Shown piece by piece: positions 9,693 through 18,634 of a stretch of DNA of 64,000 nt (positions are counted from its first letter, which is position 1; each line of letters begins with the position of its first letter). This DNA comes from Acidobacteriota bacterium (GTDB taxonomy: Bacteria > Acidobacteriota > CAIWXX01), in assembly GCA_040755995.1 (NCBI GenBank), contig JBFMAF010000055.1:128001-192000 (forward strand), given 5' to 3'. Made by a program: the position numbers and the translations under genes. Below the pieces are notes generated by a model that saw only the letters and a program-made list of their open reading frames with translations, ran no database searches and was not told the DNA's origin.

Positions 9693-11072
9693 TCAGGCGT
9701 CCAGTCTGCTTTGGCGCGCGACGACGATCGCCTCCGTTGACTCGGGACTCGCGCGGACTACCCGAACCCGGGTGGCTCCAGGCGCGGTTCCAGGCGGCAC
9801 GTTGGTTCGTATGTAATTGCCCGTAAGCGCCTGGTCCCCCTGGCTCAGCACCACCGCGTCCAGCTCGCGACCCACAAAGCGGCTGCGGAAGGCGTAGCTC
9901 GCTTCGCGCGAGATTCGTCGGAGGATTCCGCAGCGCTCGGCCACCACGTGATGCGGGATTCGATCTGACATCGTCGCAGCCGGGGTTCCCGGTCGAGGCG
10001 AGAAAGGGAAGACGTGGAGGTAGCTGAAGTTGAGATCCTCGACCAGCCGCACCGTCTGCTCGAACTCGGCATCCGTCTCCGCTGGGAACCCGGCCATCAC
10101 ATCCGTGCCGACGGCGATATCGGGGCACAACTGGCGGAGCCGCGTGAGGCAGTCGTGGATGCGATCGGGGTTGCACCGGCGGTTCATCCGCTTCAGGACA
10201 GCGGGTGAGCCGCTCTGGATTGGAATGTGAACGTGCGGCCTCAGGTGCGCGGAGGTGCCGAGAAGCTCTACAACCCTCGGCGTGATCCGCCACGGCTCGA
10301 TCGAGCTGATTCTCACCGGTGGGCATCGCCCATCCAGCCTCGCAAGAAGGTCGGCCAGCGACACTCGCGGCTCCAGGTCCAGTCCGTACGCGCCCAGCAG
10401 AACGCCGCTCAGAATCACCTCGGCGAAGCCTGCCTCCCCGTAGGCCCGGCACTCCGCCAGCACCTCTTCCGGCGAGACCGATCGAATCGTGCGCCCGCGC
10501 AGGGTGGGGACGATGCAGAACGCGCACGATAGATTACATCCGTCCTGAATCTTGAGAATCGGCCGCGTTCTGCTGGTCTCGAAGCGCCGGACGCGCGGAA
10601 GACTCTCAGGCAGGAGTGATCCGGGAATGCGGGACTTCTCAGCGTTCGTGAGGACGACAACGTTTCCCGGCAGGGCGGCGGCTCCCGTCGCGTCGCGATC
10701 GGCGTAGCAGCCGGCCACGACGATCCGGCAGCTCGGGTTTCCCCGGGCGATCCTGCGCACCAGTTGACGCACCTGCCGCTCGGCGCTCGATGTGACGGCG
10801 CAGGTGTTTATGACGACGTGCGTCGCTGCATCCGGTGCCGCCACGATGGCCCCACCACGCGCGAGAATCTCCTCCTCCAACCGCAGCCCCTCCGCCTGGT
10901 TGACCTTGCAACCGAAGTTCACGATGCAGACGCTCGGAGCAGTTGTCGGTTGGCAGTTGTCAGTTGACAGTTGCTCGCGCGAGTCCCGCACGAGTCCAGC
11001 GTCACGCGACCTGGTATTGGACGATGCGGCAGAGGAGGACCCGTTCACGATTATGTCGACGTCCACGTTCAC
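9693..11072 (-). CDS. mtaB: tRNA methylthiotransferase, MtaB-like (MiaB family); start uncertain
   Basis: FGCKVNQAE, INTCAVT, LKIQDGCNLSCAFCIVP, DVMAGFPAET, LHVFPFSPRPGT. Confidence 0.88.
   Translation of the reverse strand: MNVDVDIIVNGSSSAASSNTRSRDAGLVRDSREQLSTDNCQPTTAPSVCIVNFGCKVNQAEGLRLEEEILARGGAIVAAPDAATHVVINTCAVTSSAERQVRQLVRRIARGNPSCRIVVAGCYADRDATGAAALPGNVVVLTNAEKSRIPGSLLPESLPRVRRFETSRTRPILKIQDGCNLSCAFCIVPTLRGRTIRSVSPEEVLAECRAYGEAGFAEVILSGVLLGAYGLDLEPRVSLADLLARLDGRCPPVRISSIEPWRITPRVVELLGTSAHLRPHVHIPIQSGSPAVLKRMNRRCNPDRIHDCLTRLRQLCPDIAVGTDVMAGFPAETDAEFEQTVRLVEDLNFSYLHVFPFSPRPGTPAATMSDRIPHHVVAERCGILRRISREASYAFRSRFVGRELDAVVLSQGDQALTGNYIRTNVPPGTAPGATRVRVVRASPESTEAIVVARQSRLDA
10940..10974. 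repeat. heptamer tandem repeat (CAGTTGN x5)
   Basis: cagttgt cggttgg cagttgt cagttga cagttgc. Confidence 0.75.
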
Positions 11073-11103
11073 GGAAGCAAAGAGGATGCCGCTCGATCAG
11101 GGT

Positions 11104-11619
11104 TCACGAAGGCGACTTGCCTGCGGCCAATGAGGCTTTCAGCTCCTCGGACTTGCGTGCCACGTCCTCGGCCATCCGGCGTCGGTAGTCGCCCAGCTTC
11201 GACGCGACCTCCGCCTCAGTGATACCAAGGATCTCGACGGCCAGGATCGCTGCGTTCGTCGCGCCCGGCTTGCCGATTGCCACGCATGCGACGGGAACGC
11301 CCGCGGGCATCTGTACAGTGGCGTAGAGCGAGTCGACGCCATGGAGCGGTGAGGCGTCAAGCGGAACTCCGACTACGGGCAGCGTAGTGTGGGCAGCGAT
11401 GACACCGGCGAGGTGAGCGGCCCCGCCCGCCCCCGCGACAATGACCGCCACTCCACGATCTCTCGCCTGCTCCGTCCACACCCGAACGCGCTCCGGCGTC
11501 CTGTGCGCCGACATGACCTCGACTTCGTACTCGACCCCGAAACGCTGCAGGATCTCCGTCGCGGTCAGCATCACCGGCGCATCGGATGCACTTCCCATTA
11601 CAACAGCTACTTTCTTCAA
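11104..11619 (-). CDS. purE: N5-CAIR mutase
   Basis: VMGSASD, SAHRTP, AGGAAHLAGV, VQMPAGVPVA. Confidence 0.97.
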   Translation of the reverse strand: MKKVAVVMGSASDAPVMLTATEILQRFGVEYEVEVMSAHRTPERVRVWTEQARDRGVAVIVAGAGGAAHLAGVIAAHTTLPVVGVPLDASPLHGVDSLYATVQMPAGVPVACVAIGKPGATNAAILAVEILGITEAEVASKLGDYRRRMAEDVARKSEELKASLAAGKSPS

Positions 11620-11743
11620 GGTTTCACCTCATTCCTATCAAGAGGTTCCAGGTTCAAGGTTCAAGGACGCGGGCGCCTGAGCGTGGCTGGGTGGGTGAAT
11701 CGCCACGCGCTCGACCACCGAGACTGCAAGTTCACCGGGCGGT

Positions 11744-13006
11744 TCAGGCGGAGAAGGCCGCGACGTCGCGGCGGTAGTGGATCCCCTCGAACGAAATCGC
11801 CGCCGCGGCCTCGTACGCCTTCGAACGCGCATCCGCCGCCGATCGGCCGCTGGCGCACACCGACAGAACTCGCCCGCCTGTGGTGACGAGCGGACCTTCT
11901 CGGCTCTCGGTGGCTGCGTGGAAAACGACTGCACCCTTCTTCGTGGCCTCTTCGAGCCCATGGATCTGCTTTCCCACTTCCGGCTCTTCCGGATAACCCC
12001 GACTGGCCAGCACAACACACACGGACGTCAGGGCGTTGCGGGCCGGCACGTTCGGGGCCTCGCCCCTCGCGCAGGCGGCCATCGCCTCGCCCAGGCCCGT
12101 CTCGATCGTCAGCATGAGTGGCTGCGTCTCCGGATCCCCGAAACGGCAGTTGAACTCGAGGACTCGCGGCCCTCGGTCAGTGATCATGAGACCTGCGTAC
12201 AGAAGCCCGCGGTACTCGTAGCCCTCTGCTGCCAGCCCTCGCACGACCGGCAGCACGACGGAATCCATGATCCGGTCTTCGGTGGCGGATGTAGCGAGCG
12301 GGGATGGCGACACTGATCCCATTCCGCCGGTATTGGGGCCATGGTCGCCGTCCAGGAGGCGTTTGTAGTCCTGGGCCGTGCCGAGCGCGATGGCTCCGTG
12401 TCCGTAGGCGAGCGCGAAGAAGGACATCTCGGTGCCCCGCAGGCATTCCTCGATCAGTATCCGATCTCCCGCATCCCCGAATTTCCGGTCGGTCATGATG
12501 GAGCGAACCGCCCTCGCAGCTTCGTCGCGTTTCTCGGCGACCACCACTCCCTTGCCCGCTGCCAGGCCGTCCGCCTTGACCACTACGGGATAACCGAACG
12601 GCGGCAGCTGCAAGAAGTCCAGCGCCTCGGCGGCGGAATCGAACTCCACGGACCGTGCCGTAGGCACGCCGAATTTCTTCATGGTCTTCTTGGCGAACAC
12701 CTTGCTGCCCTCGATGCGCGCCGCCGCGGCCGTAGGGCCGAACACCAGAGATCCATGCGCCACCAGCTCGTCGGCCATGCCCAGTGCCAGCGGCGCTTCG
12801 GGCCCCACCACGACCAGGTCCGTGCCGATCGACTTCGATTGCTCGACCACACCGCGGATGTCGGCTGCCTTCACCGGAACGCGGGTCGCCACCGCCTCCA
12901 TTCCCGCGTTCCCGGGTGCCACCCAGACGGACCAGCCTTCGCTGGCCAGCTTCCACGCCAGCGCATGCTCACGACCGCCGGATCCTACGACAAGTGCCTT
13001 CTTCAT
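11744..13006 (-). CDS. purD: phosphoribosylamine-glycine ligase
   Basis: VVGSGGREHALAW, APGNAG, VVKADGLAAGKGV, GPNTGGMG, EFNCRFGDPE; start set at MKKALVV (13006). Confidence 0.97.
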   Translation of the reverse strand: MKKALVVGSGGREHALAWKLASEGWSVWVAPGNAGMEAVATRVPVKAADIRGVVEQSKSIGTDLVVVGPEAPLALGMADELVAHGSLVFGPTAAAARIEGSKVFAKKTMKKFGVPTARSVEFDSAAEALDFLQLPPFGYPVVVKADGLAAGKGVVVAEKRDEAARAVRSIMTDRKFGDAGDRILIEECLRGTEMSFFALAYGHGAIALGTAQDYKRLLDGDHGPNTGGMGSVSPSPLATSATEDRIMDSVVLPVVRGLAAEGYEYRGLLYAGLMITDRGPRVLEFNCRFGDPETQPLMLTIETGLGEAMAACARGEAPNVPARNALTSVCVVLASRGYPEEPEVGKQIHGLEEATKKGAVVFHAATESREGPLVTTGGRVLSVCASGRSAADARSKAYEAAAAISFEGIHYRRDVAAFSA

Positions 13007-13040
13007 CGTCTGTGGATTATTCCACGGGGGCCACGCGCGG

Positions 13041-14222
13041 TCAACTCGTCCGGCCCCGTAGGCAGGCATCGAGATCCGAGGCCCATCTCTCGTAACCGGC
13101 GTGGACGATTCTTTTCAGGAAGGTGTGCCGGAGCACGCGGGCCGAAGGGCTCTTCCGTTCGATCGTCCCCACGTCGACGGCGTAGCCGGCTGCAAGAGTC
13201 TCGGCGTCCTCGTAAATGGGCTCCCTTCGGAAGTTGATCGAATCGAGCGCGCGAGCAATGTGCATGAAGAACTGTGTTTCGAAGCGCAGGGGAGGGCTGA
13301 GAGGCGGCACCTCGCCGAGCCCGAACACATACGTTGCGTGGTCCTCCTGATTCAGCACCTCCACTATCAGGCTCGACCCGGCTTCGCACATGAGGTACAA
13401 GAACGAGTTCCTCAGCAGCAGCTCGTCGTCCGGAATTGCCCTCTCATCGGTAGCCCCGGAGAGGCCCGTGTTGAGCTCGCTGACACAGAGCCGGCATGTG
13501 CCGAGCCCGGAGATGTGGGCCGCCTCCTGCCGGCGAAGAATCGGCGCTGTCTCGAACGAGTGCCCTGCCGGAACTTCGATAGGAATGCCCGGGAGGAGGT
13601 CGCAGTTGGGAGCCAGCAGAGCACCTAGCCGCGCGGCCCGACCGGCGTGGTTGCGCATAGCGATGCCAATCGTTTCGCGGAACTCGTCGGTCAGCTTCCC
13701 GAGCTTGCGCACCTTGAGAACGCTGCCTTCGATTAGCTGGAGGTTCACGGACCAGTCGTCCGGATCGAACGAGTCATCCAGCACGTAGGAAAGAGGCAGG
13801 TGGAACGGGGGGGACGAGTCCGGGTAGCAGAGAACCGATGTCGGGTAGACCTCGATGTCTCCGGTTGCGAGCTCGGTGCCGAGCCCGAACTGGCATGGGA
13901 ACGCCTTCGAGGATTGGGTGTCCTGGAGGAAGAGCCCCTTGAGTATCCGGTTGCGCCGCTCGAGCCGCAGCTCATCGTAGAACATCTCGAAATCCCGGCC
14001 CAGCTTCTGCACGAGCAGGAGCTCATCGGGATAGACCCGCAGTCCGATCATCAGATCCTGTCGAGTCAGCCCTTCGACCTGGAGGAGATCGATTGTGCGC
14101 AGTCCGGCGCCACTGATCATCAGTCTGCCCCCGGCCAGGCTCAGGACGGCATCCGAGGGCCGGCCGCCTCCAATCGAAATCGTGCAGCCGTAGCTCCGTT
14201 TCGCCTCGACTGCTTCTTGCAC
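13041..14222 (-). CDS. hypothetical protein (possibly tandem PH-like beta domains)
   Basis: 393-aa ORF with globular composition, 3 nt downstream of the zinc-ribbon gene; internally similar segments VQKLGRDFEMF and VRKLGKLTDEF. Confidence 0.65.
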   Translation of the reverse strand: MQEAVEAKRSYGCTISIGGGRPSDAVLSLAGGRLMISGAGLRTIDLLQVEGLTRQDLMIGLRVYPDELLLVQKLGRDFEMFYDELRLERRNRILKGLFLQDTQSSKAFPCQFGLGTELATGDIEVYPTSVLCYPDSSPPFHLPLSYVLDDSFDPDDWSVNLQLIEGSVLKVRKLGKLTDEFRETIGIAMRNHAGRAARLGALLAPNCDLLPGIPIEVPAGHSFETAPILRRQEAAHISGLGTCRLCVSELNTGLSGATDERAIPDDELLLRNSFLYLMCEAGSSLIVEVLNQEDHATYVFGLGEVPPLSPPLRFETQFFMHIARALDSINFRREPIYEDAETLAAGYAVDVGTIERKSPSARVLRHTFLKRIVHAGYERWASDLDACLRGRTS

Positions 14223-14225
14223 GCG

Positions 14226-14861
14226 CTACATTGTCAGGCGATCACCGCACTCGGGGCAGAACTTCGCCCTAGCATTCGCCTCTGCTCCACACTTCGCGCA
14301 CGTCACCTTCATTGCGAGTGGCGCCCCGCACTCAGGGCAGAACTTGCCGCCCTCCGTCTTGGCCCCGCATGCCTTGCATATGACCACGGCGCCGGTCTTG
14401 ACGTCGATCTTGTCGACGTAATTGGTCTTCCGCGCCTTCTCGTGAATCTGATCCTTGGTCGCCTGCGCCTGGGCGGCGGCGACTTCCTCCTGTGCGTCCG
14501 GCGCGCATTCCTCGCAGAGTCCCTTGCTCTCGTTCCAGCACACGTCGGGGCAGACCCAGCTCCCGCACCTCGTGCACTGCCGGAAACGCGGTCTGACCTC
14601 CTCCACCGCCTTCCTGAACGCCTCGTCGTGGGCCTTGCTGCCCACCGCCCGCTGGATATCGTAAGTCGACGATCCCACTCGCCCCAGAACGCCGCCGAAC
14701 AGCTGGCCCGCAGCCCGCAGAACGTCCGAGGCGACGCCCGTGTATGACGTCTGGAACTCAGACATGTACCCGTTCCCGCACCTGTCGCAGATGAACTTGA
14801 ACTGGTAGCCGCGGTCAGTCGACAGATCTTCGTGGTTCTTCGTGAACTGGATAACTCCCAT
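14226..14861 (-). CDS. multi zinc-ribbon protein (C-terminal double zinc ribbon)
   Basis: RBS GGAGGT before ATG 14861; eight Cys pairs (CDRC, CTRC, CPDVC, CEEC, CKAC, CPEC, CAKC, CPEC). Confidence 0.85.
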   Translation of the reverse strand: MGVIQFTKNHEDLSTDRGYQFKFICDRCGNGYMSEFQTSYTGVASDVLRAAGQLFGGVLGRVGSSTYDIQRAVGSKAHDEAFRKAVEEVRPRFRQCTRCGSWVCPDVCWNESKGLCEECAPDAQEEVAAAQAQATKDQIHEKARKTNYVDKIDVKTGAVVICKACGAKTEGGKFCPECGAPLAMKVTCAKCGAEANARAKFCPECGDRLTM

Positions 14862-15011
14862 GCCGGTACCTCCGAAGCCCCAGATCATAGCGTCGGCCCA
14901 TTCGCGGGTCAACCGGCACCAGGCGGCACCAGGCGCTGGCGCTGTCCGGTGGGCGTCTGGTTATGCCGCGGCCGCCTCCTCCGGGGCTTGCCGGTCGGGC
15001 GCGTATCTTAT

Positions 15012-15058
15012 CCCAGGGCTGAAGCCCTGGGCTATTGGCTTTTCGCCCCTCCGGGGCT
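15012..15058. repeat. REP-like bipartite palindrome
   Basis: CCCAGGGCT-GA-AGCCCTGGG hairpin followed by GCCCC-TCC-GGGGC hairpin, intergenic between divergent genes. Confidence 0.65.
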
Positions 15059-15264
15059 CCAGCCACGATTCCCATGGGCCGTTGTCGAGAGGTGCGTATT
15101 TCACCACTTGGCGATCCGGCGGCCTCCCCGGGGCGCTCGCCGGCGTCGACGTGAACGTGAATGGACGACGACAACGATTGTCCGCGCACACCTCACACCC
15201 TTGATTGCTCGGCTGCGTTCAAATAAGATGCCCCTGTCCGTCTGGAGAACTAGGAGACTCTGTC

Positions 15265-17181
15265 ATGCTCGATGTGATGCGTCGCAACATCAAGTCGCTG
15301 GCCGTAACGCTATGGGCGGTCATCGGCGCGTTCATTATCTTCATTTTCGTTGACTGGGGGATGGGGCGGGTCGACCAGCCTACGGGCAAGTCGGTGGTCG
15401 CCATGGTGAATGACCAGCCGATCACGGCTGACGCGTATCGCGAGATGTACTTCTCCCAGTTGCGGCGCATGCGCGACATGTTCGGGGGTAGGTTGGACCG
15501 GAACATGATCCGCCAGCTGAACATCGAGAGCAGCGTACTGGAGAGTCTGGTGGCCGAGGAGATCATGGTGCAGGAAGCCGCCCGCATGGGGTTCGCGGTG
15601 ACCGACGAGGAGCTGCGCGACGCCATAGTCAACAACCCCAGCTTCCAGGACAACGGCCGCTTCATCGGAGCTGCGCAGTACGAGCGCCTGCTGATGATGA
15701 ACCACAAGACGATTCCGCAGTTCGAGGCCGAGTTGCGGCGTCAACTTCTGGCCAACAAGCTTCGCCAGGTCGTCACCATGCCCCTCTCGGTATCGGACGC
15801 CGACGTCAGGGACTCGTACTACCAGAGCCACGAGAAGGTCAAGATTGCCTACGTGTTGTTCAAGAGTGTACCCGATCTCATGGACCTCACGGACTCCGAG
15901 CTGCGTGCCTACTTCGACAAAAACCGCTCGCAGTTCGACATCCCTGAGAGGCGCAAGGGGCGATATCTGGTGATGGAGATCGAGCGTGTCCGCCAGCAGG
16001 TGAACGTGACCCAGAAGGATATCGAAAACTACTACAGCGAGCATTACGACCAGTGGAAGGTCGAGGAAGAGGTCCTGGCACAACGTATCACCATCAAGTC
16101 CGACAAACGCTCGTCTGACGAGGCCAGGGCACTTGTGGTGAAGCTGCTGGATCGGGCGCGCAAAGGAGAGGATTTCGCCAAGCTCGCGCGGGAGAACTCC
16201 GAGGACGAGGTCGCCGCCGGCGGCGGCGACATGGGGCCGATACAGCGCGGGGGGCTCTCGCCCGTCGAGGAGATTGCGGTATTCGGTGCGCCGGAAGGAA
16301 CCACTACGGAGCCGATCGAGACGGATGGCGGATGGGCCATCTACAAGATCAACAAGAAGACTCCTGCATCGGTGCGCTCTCTGCAAGAGGCCGAGCCTCA
16401 GATCCGTTCGGTGCTGTCGTGGGAGCGGGCTCGCGAGGCGATGGACAAGAAGGTCACGGAGATCCTGAAGGTCGCGCAGGAGAGCAAGAGCCTGGACAAG
16501 GCGGCTCAGAGCAGCGGCCTGACCGTGAAGGAGTCGCCGTTCCTTGCGAAGGGCGACGAGTTTCCCGCGCTTGCGGATGGAGGTCAGTTCAGCCAGGCCC
16601 TGTTCGAGGCGAAACAGGGCGAGATCTCAGGCCCGCTGCAGCTCGGGGCCAGCAGCGTCATCTACGCGTATGTGGCGAGCGAGGCGCCGCGCCCCGCGAA
16701 GTTCGAAGAGGTGGCGGAGAAGGTAAAGAAGGCGCTCTCAGCCGTCAAGCGCAAGGAAGAGGCTCTTGCGAAGGCGCAGGAGGCCATGAATGCAATCGGC
16801 GCCGGCGCAAAGCCCGAGGATGTGGCGAAGAGCCGGGGAGCGGAGGTGAAGGACTACGAGTTTGCGCGGAATTCCTTCATCCCGGACCTGGGCAGCAGCA
16901 GCTACATCGACGACCGGGCGTTCTCGGCGGAACCCGGTGTGTGGATCGGCCCGTTCCGGGTCAAGGACGGTGCATGCGTCTTCCGGGTGGTGCAGAAGAC
17001 CCCGGTGCTCGCCGAGGAGTTCGAGAAAGAGAAGGACGCCACCCGCCAGACTCTCCTTGATGAGAAGCGCAACAAGTTCTTCGACGCCTATCTGCAGCTG
17101 CTGCGCAAGAAGAAGCGCATCGTGATCCAATCGCAGACCCTGGCGGACCTGAACCAGATGCTGGTCGCCCGCGCCGGCTAG
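15265..17181 (+). CDS. PpiD/SurA-like membrane-anchored peptidyl-prolyl isomerase
   Basis: N-terminal TM (FIIFIFVDWGMG), SurA N domain, parvulin motif GEDFAKLARENSED...GGDMG; RBS AGGAG before ATG 15265. Confidence 0.88.
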   Translation: MLDVMRRNIKSLAVTLWAVIGAFIIFIFVDWGMGRVDQPTGKSVVAMVNDQPITADAYREMYFSQLRRMRDMFGGRLDRNMIRQLNIESSVLESLVAEEIMVQEAARMGFAVTDEELRDAIVNNPSFQDNGRFIGAAQYERLLMMNHKTIPQFEAELRRQLLANKLRQVVTMPLSVSDADVRDSYYQSHEKVKIAYVLFKSVPDLMDLTDSELRAYFDKNRSQFDIPERRKGRYLVMEIERVRQQVNVTQKDIENYYSEHYDQWKVEEEVLAQRITIKSDKRSSDEARALVVKLLDRARKGEDFAKLARENSEDEVAAGGGDMGPIQRGGLSPVEEIAVFGAPEGTTTEPIETDGGWAIYKINKKTPASVRSLQEAEPQIRSVLSWERAREAMDKKVTEILKVAQESKSLDKAAQSSGLTVKESPFLAKGDEFPALADGGQFSQALFEAKQGEISGPLQLGASSVIYAYVASEAPRPAKFEEVAEKVKKALSAVKRKEEALAKAQEAMNAIGAGAKPEDVAKSRGAEVKDYEFARNSFIPDLGSSSYIDDRAFSAEPGVWIGPFRVKDGACVFRVVQKTPVLAEEFEKEKDATRQTLLDEKRNKFFDAYLQLLRKKKRIVIQSQTLADLNQMLVARAG

Positions 17182-17209
17182 AGGCCTAGAGGCCTGGAGG
17201 CCTGGAGGC
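17178..17209. repeat. octamer tandem repeat CT(A/G)GAGGC x4
   Basis: ctagaggc ctagaggc ctggaggc ctggaggc, overlapping the stop codon between convergent genes. Confidence 0.75.
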
Positions 17210-17237
17210 GGCCGGCGCCGTGCCTCGCGCCGCCAGG

Positions 17238-18605
17238 TCAGGATCGCGCGCGCCTGCGGCGGGCCCGCACCGCCGCGCGGACCTCGAAGGTCGGCACGAG
17301 GCCGCCTCCGGCGGTCACGTTCAGCAGCGCCGAAGTTGACAGCCGGCAGAGACACCCGCCCATCTCCCCGGCGAAGAAATACGGGTTGGTGTCGTAGCGG
17401 AACGAAGCCATTTTCAGCTCCCCATTCTCCCACACCGGGTACTCCGCCTCCGGGACGTTCACCTTCTCCTGCACCACGTAGCAGTCCGCGAGCGCCTTGC
17501 CCACGGCCTCATCCCACTGCGAATCGGTGCACTCCCAGCCGACGTACAGTCCCTTGCCTCCGTACTCGTCATTCGGCTTGAGGATGAGGTTCTCGCGATT
17601 CCTGCGGATGAAGACAGGCAGGTCGATCTTACTACCCCTGTAGTAAGTTTTGGCCTCCTCGACGCGCCGCGTCCAAGGTATATGCCGGCGGAGCACCTGG
17701 TGCTCGCGCCGCGTGAAGACCGGGCGGTAACGTTCGTGGGTGAGGATGTCGAACAGGGCCTTGACGTTGAGCAGCTTGCCGCGGAATGGATTGACCATGC
17801 AGACGGCGTTTCGTTTGGCTCCTTCGATCATCGCCGCGCTGTCCTGGCGTCGCGCCAGAAGCTCGCTCACGACCACCCGCTTGTACAAGATGTCGATCCT
17901 GCGCCCGCGCGCGGTGAGACGATCGCGCCTCAGGACCATTTCGCGTGGATCGCAGACCAGGGCCGGATAGCCGGCGGCTTCGAAATGCTGTCTCAGGATT
18001 TCGAACTCGGGTTCGGTGGAAACCCCCTTCCAGTCTACGATCGCGATTGTAGGGGTGCCGGTGCCGCCCCATTGGCGGAAGCAGGTGAGGAGCGCCGCCA
18101 GGATGCGGTCGCGCGATGTGCACGCCTGCAGCTTGAAGCGCGTCTCGAAACGCATGACAAGCGGCTCGTTGAGGTAGATCTGGTGGAGCTCGTCCAGGTA
18201 GGCGGCGCCGCCGGGGCTGTCGACGTTCAGCTCCACGAAGCGGAACGACGACCGGTCGTAGAAGCAGTCCAGTCGCGAGAAGATGGCCGAGCCGGGGTAT
18301 CCATGATCCACCCACACCAGCTCGCGCTCCTCGCCCTCGAACCCGAGCCGCGTGAGCACCTCGGGATTCTCCAGCGCGAGCTTTTCGACCTTCGCGAAGC
18401 AGGCGAACAACACGCGGCAGGTCCGGCGCATCTCTCGAACCTGCGCGCTGGTGACCAAGTGCGGGCGCAAGGCGGTCCGTATGAGCTCGCCTCCGAAGCG
18501 CAGGTTGCGCCGCTCTTTTTCGGCTTCGATGCGTTCCGCCATCTCGCGGGTTGCCGCCGGATCGCGCGCGAGCAGCGCGTTGTAGTACTCGATCGCCTTG
18601 CGCAT
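17238..18605 (-). CDS. circularly permuted ATP-grasp (type 2-like) ligase, paralog A
   Basis: SRLDCF, FRFVELNVDSPGG, IAIVDW, IDILYKRV, LKPNDEYGGKG, YVVQEKV, LNVTAGGGLVPTF. Confidence 0.82.
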   Translation of the reverse strand: MRKAIEYYNALLARDPAATREMAERIEAEKERRNLRFGGELIRTALRPHLVTSAQVREMRRTCRVLFACFAKVEKLALENPEVLTRLGFEGEERELVWVDHGYPGSAIFSRLDCFYDRSSFRFVELNVDSPGGAAYLDELHQIYLNEPLVMRFETRFKLQACTSRDRILAALLTCFRQWGGTGTPTIAIVDWKGVSTEPEFEILRQHFEAAGYPALVCDPREMVLRRDRLTARGRRIDILYKRVVVSELLARRQDSAAMIEGAKRNAVCMVNPFRGKLLNVKALFDILTHERYRPVFTRREHQVLRRHIPWTRRVEEAKTYYRGSKIDLPVFIRRNRENLILKPNDEYGGKGLYVGWECTDSQWDEAVGKALADCYVVQEKVNVPEAEYPVWENGELKMASFRYDTNPYFFAGEMGGCLCRLSTSALLNVTAGGGLVPTFEVRAAVRARRRRARS

Positions 18606-18634
18606 ACGACCTCCTCAGCCGGCCGTCGACGGGC

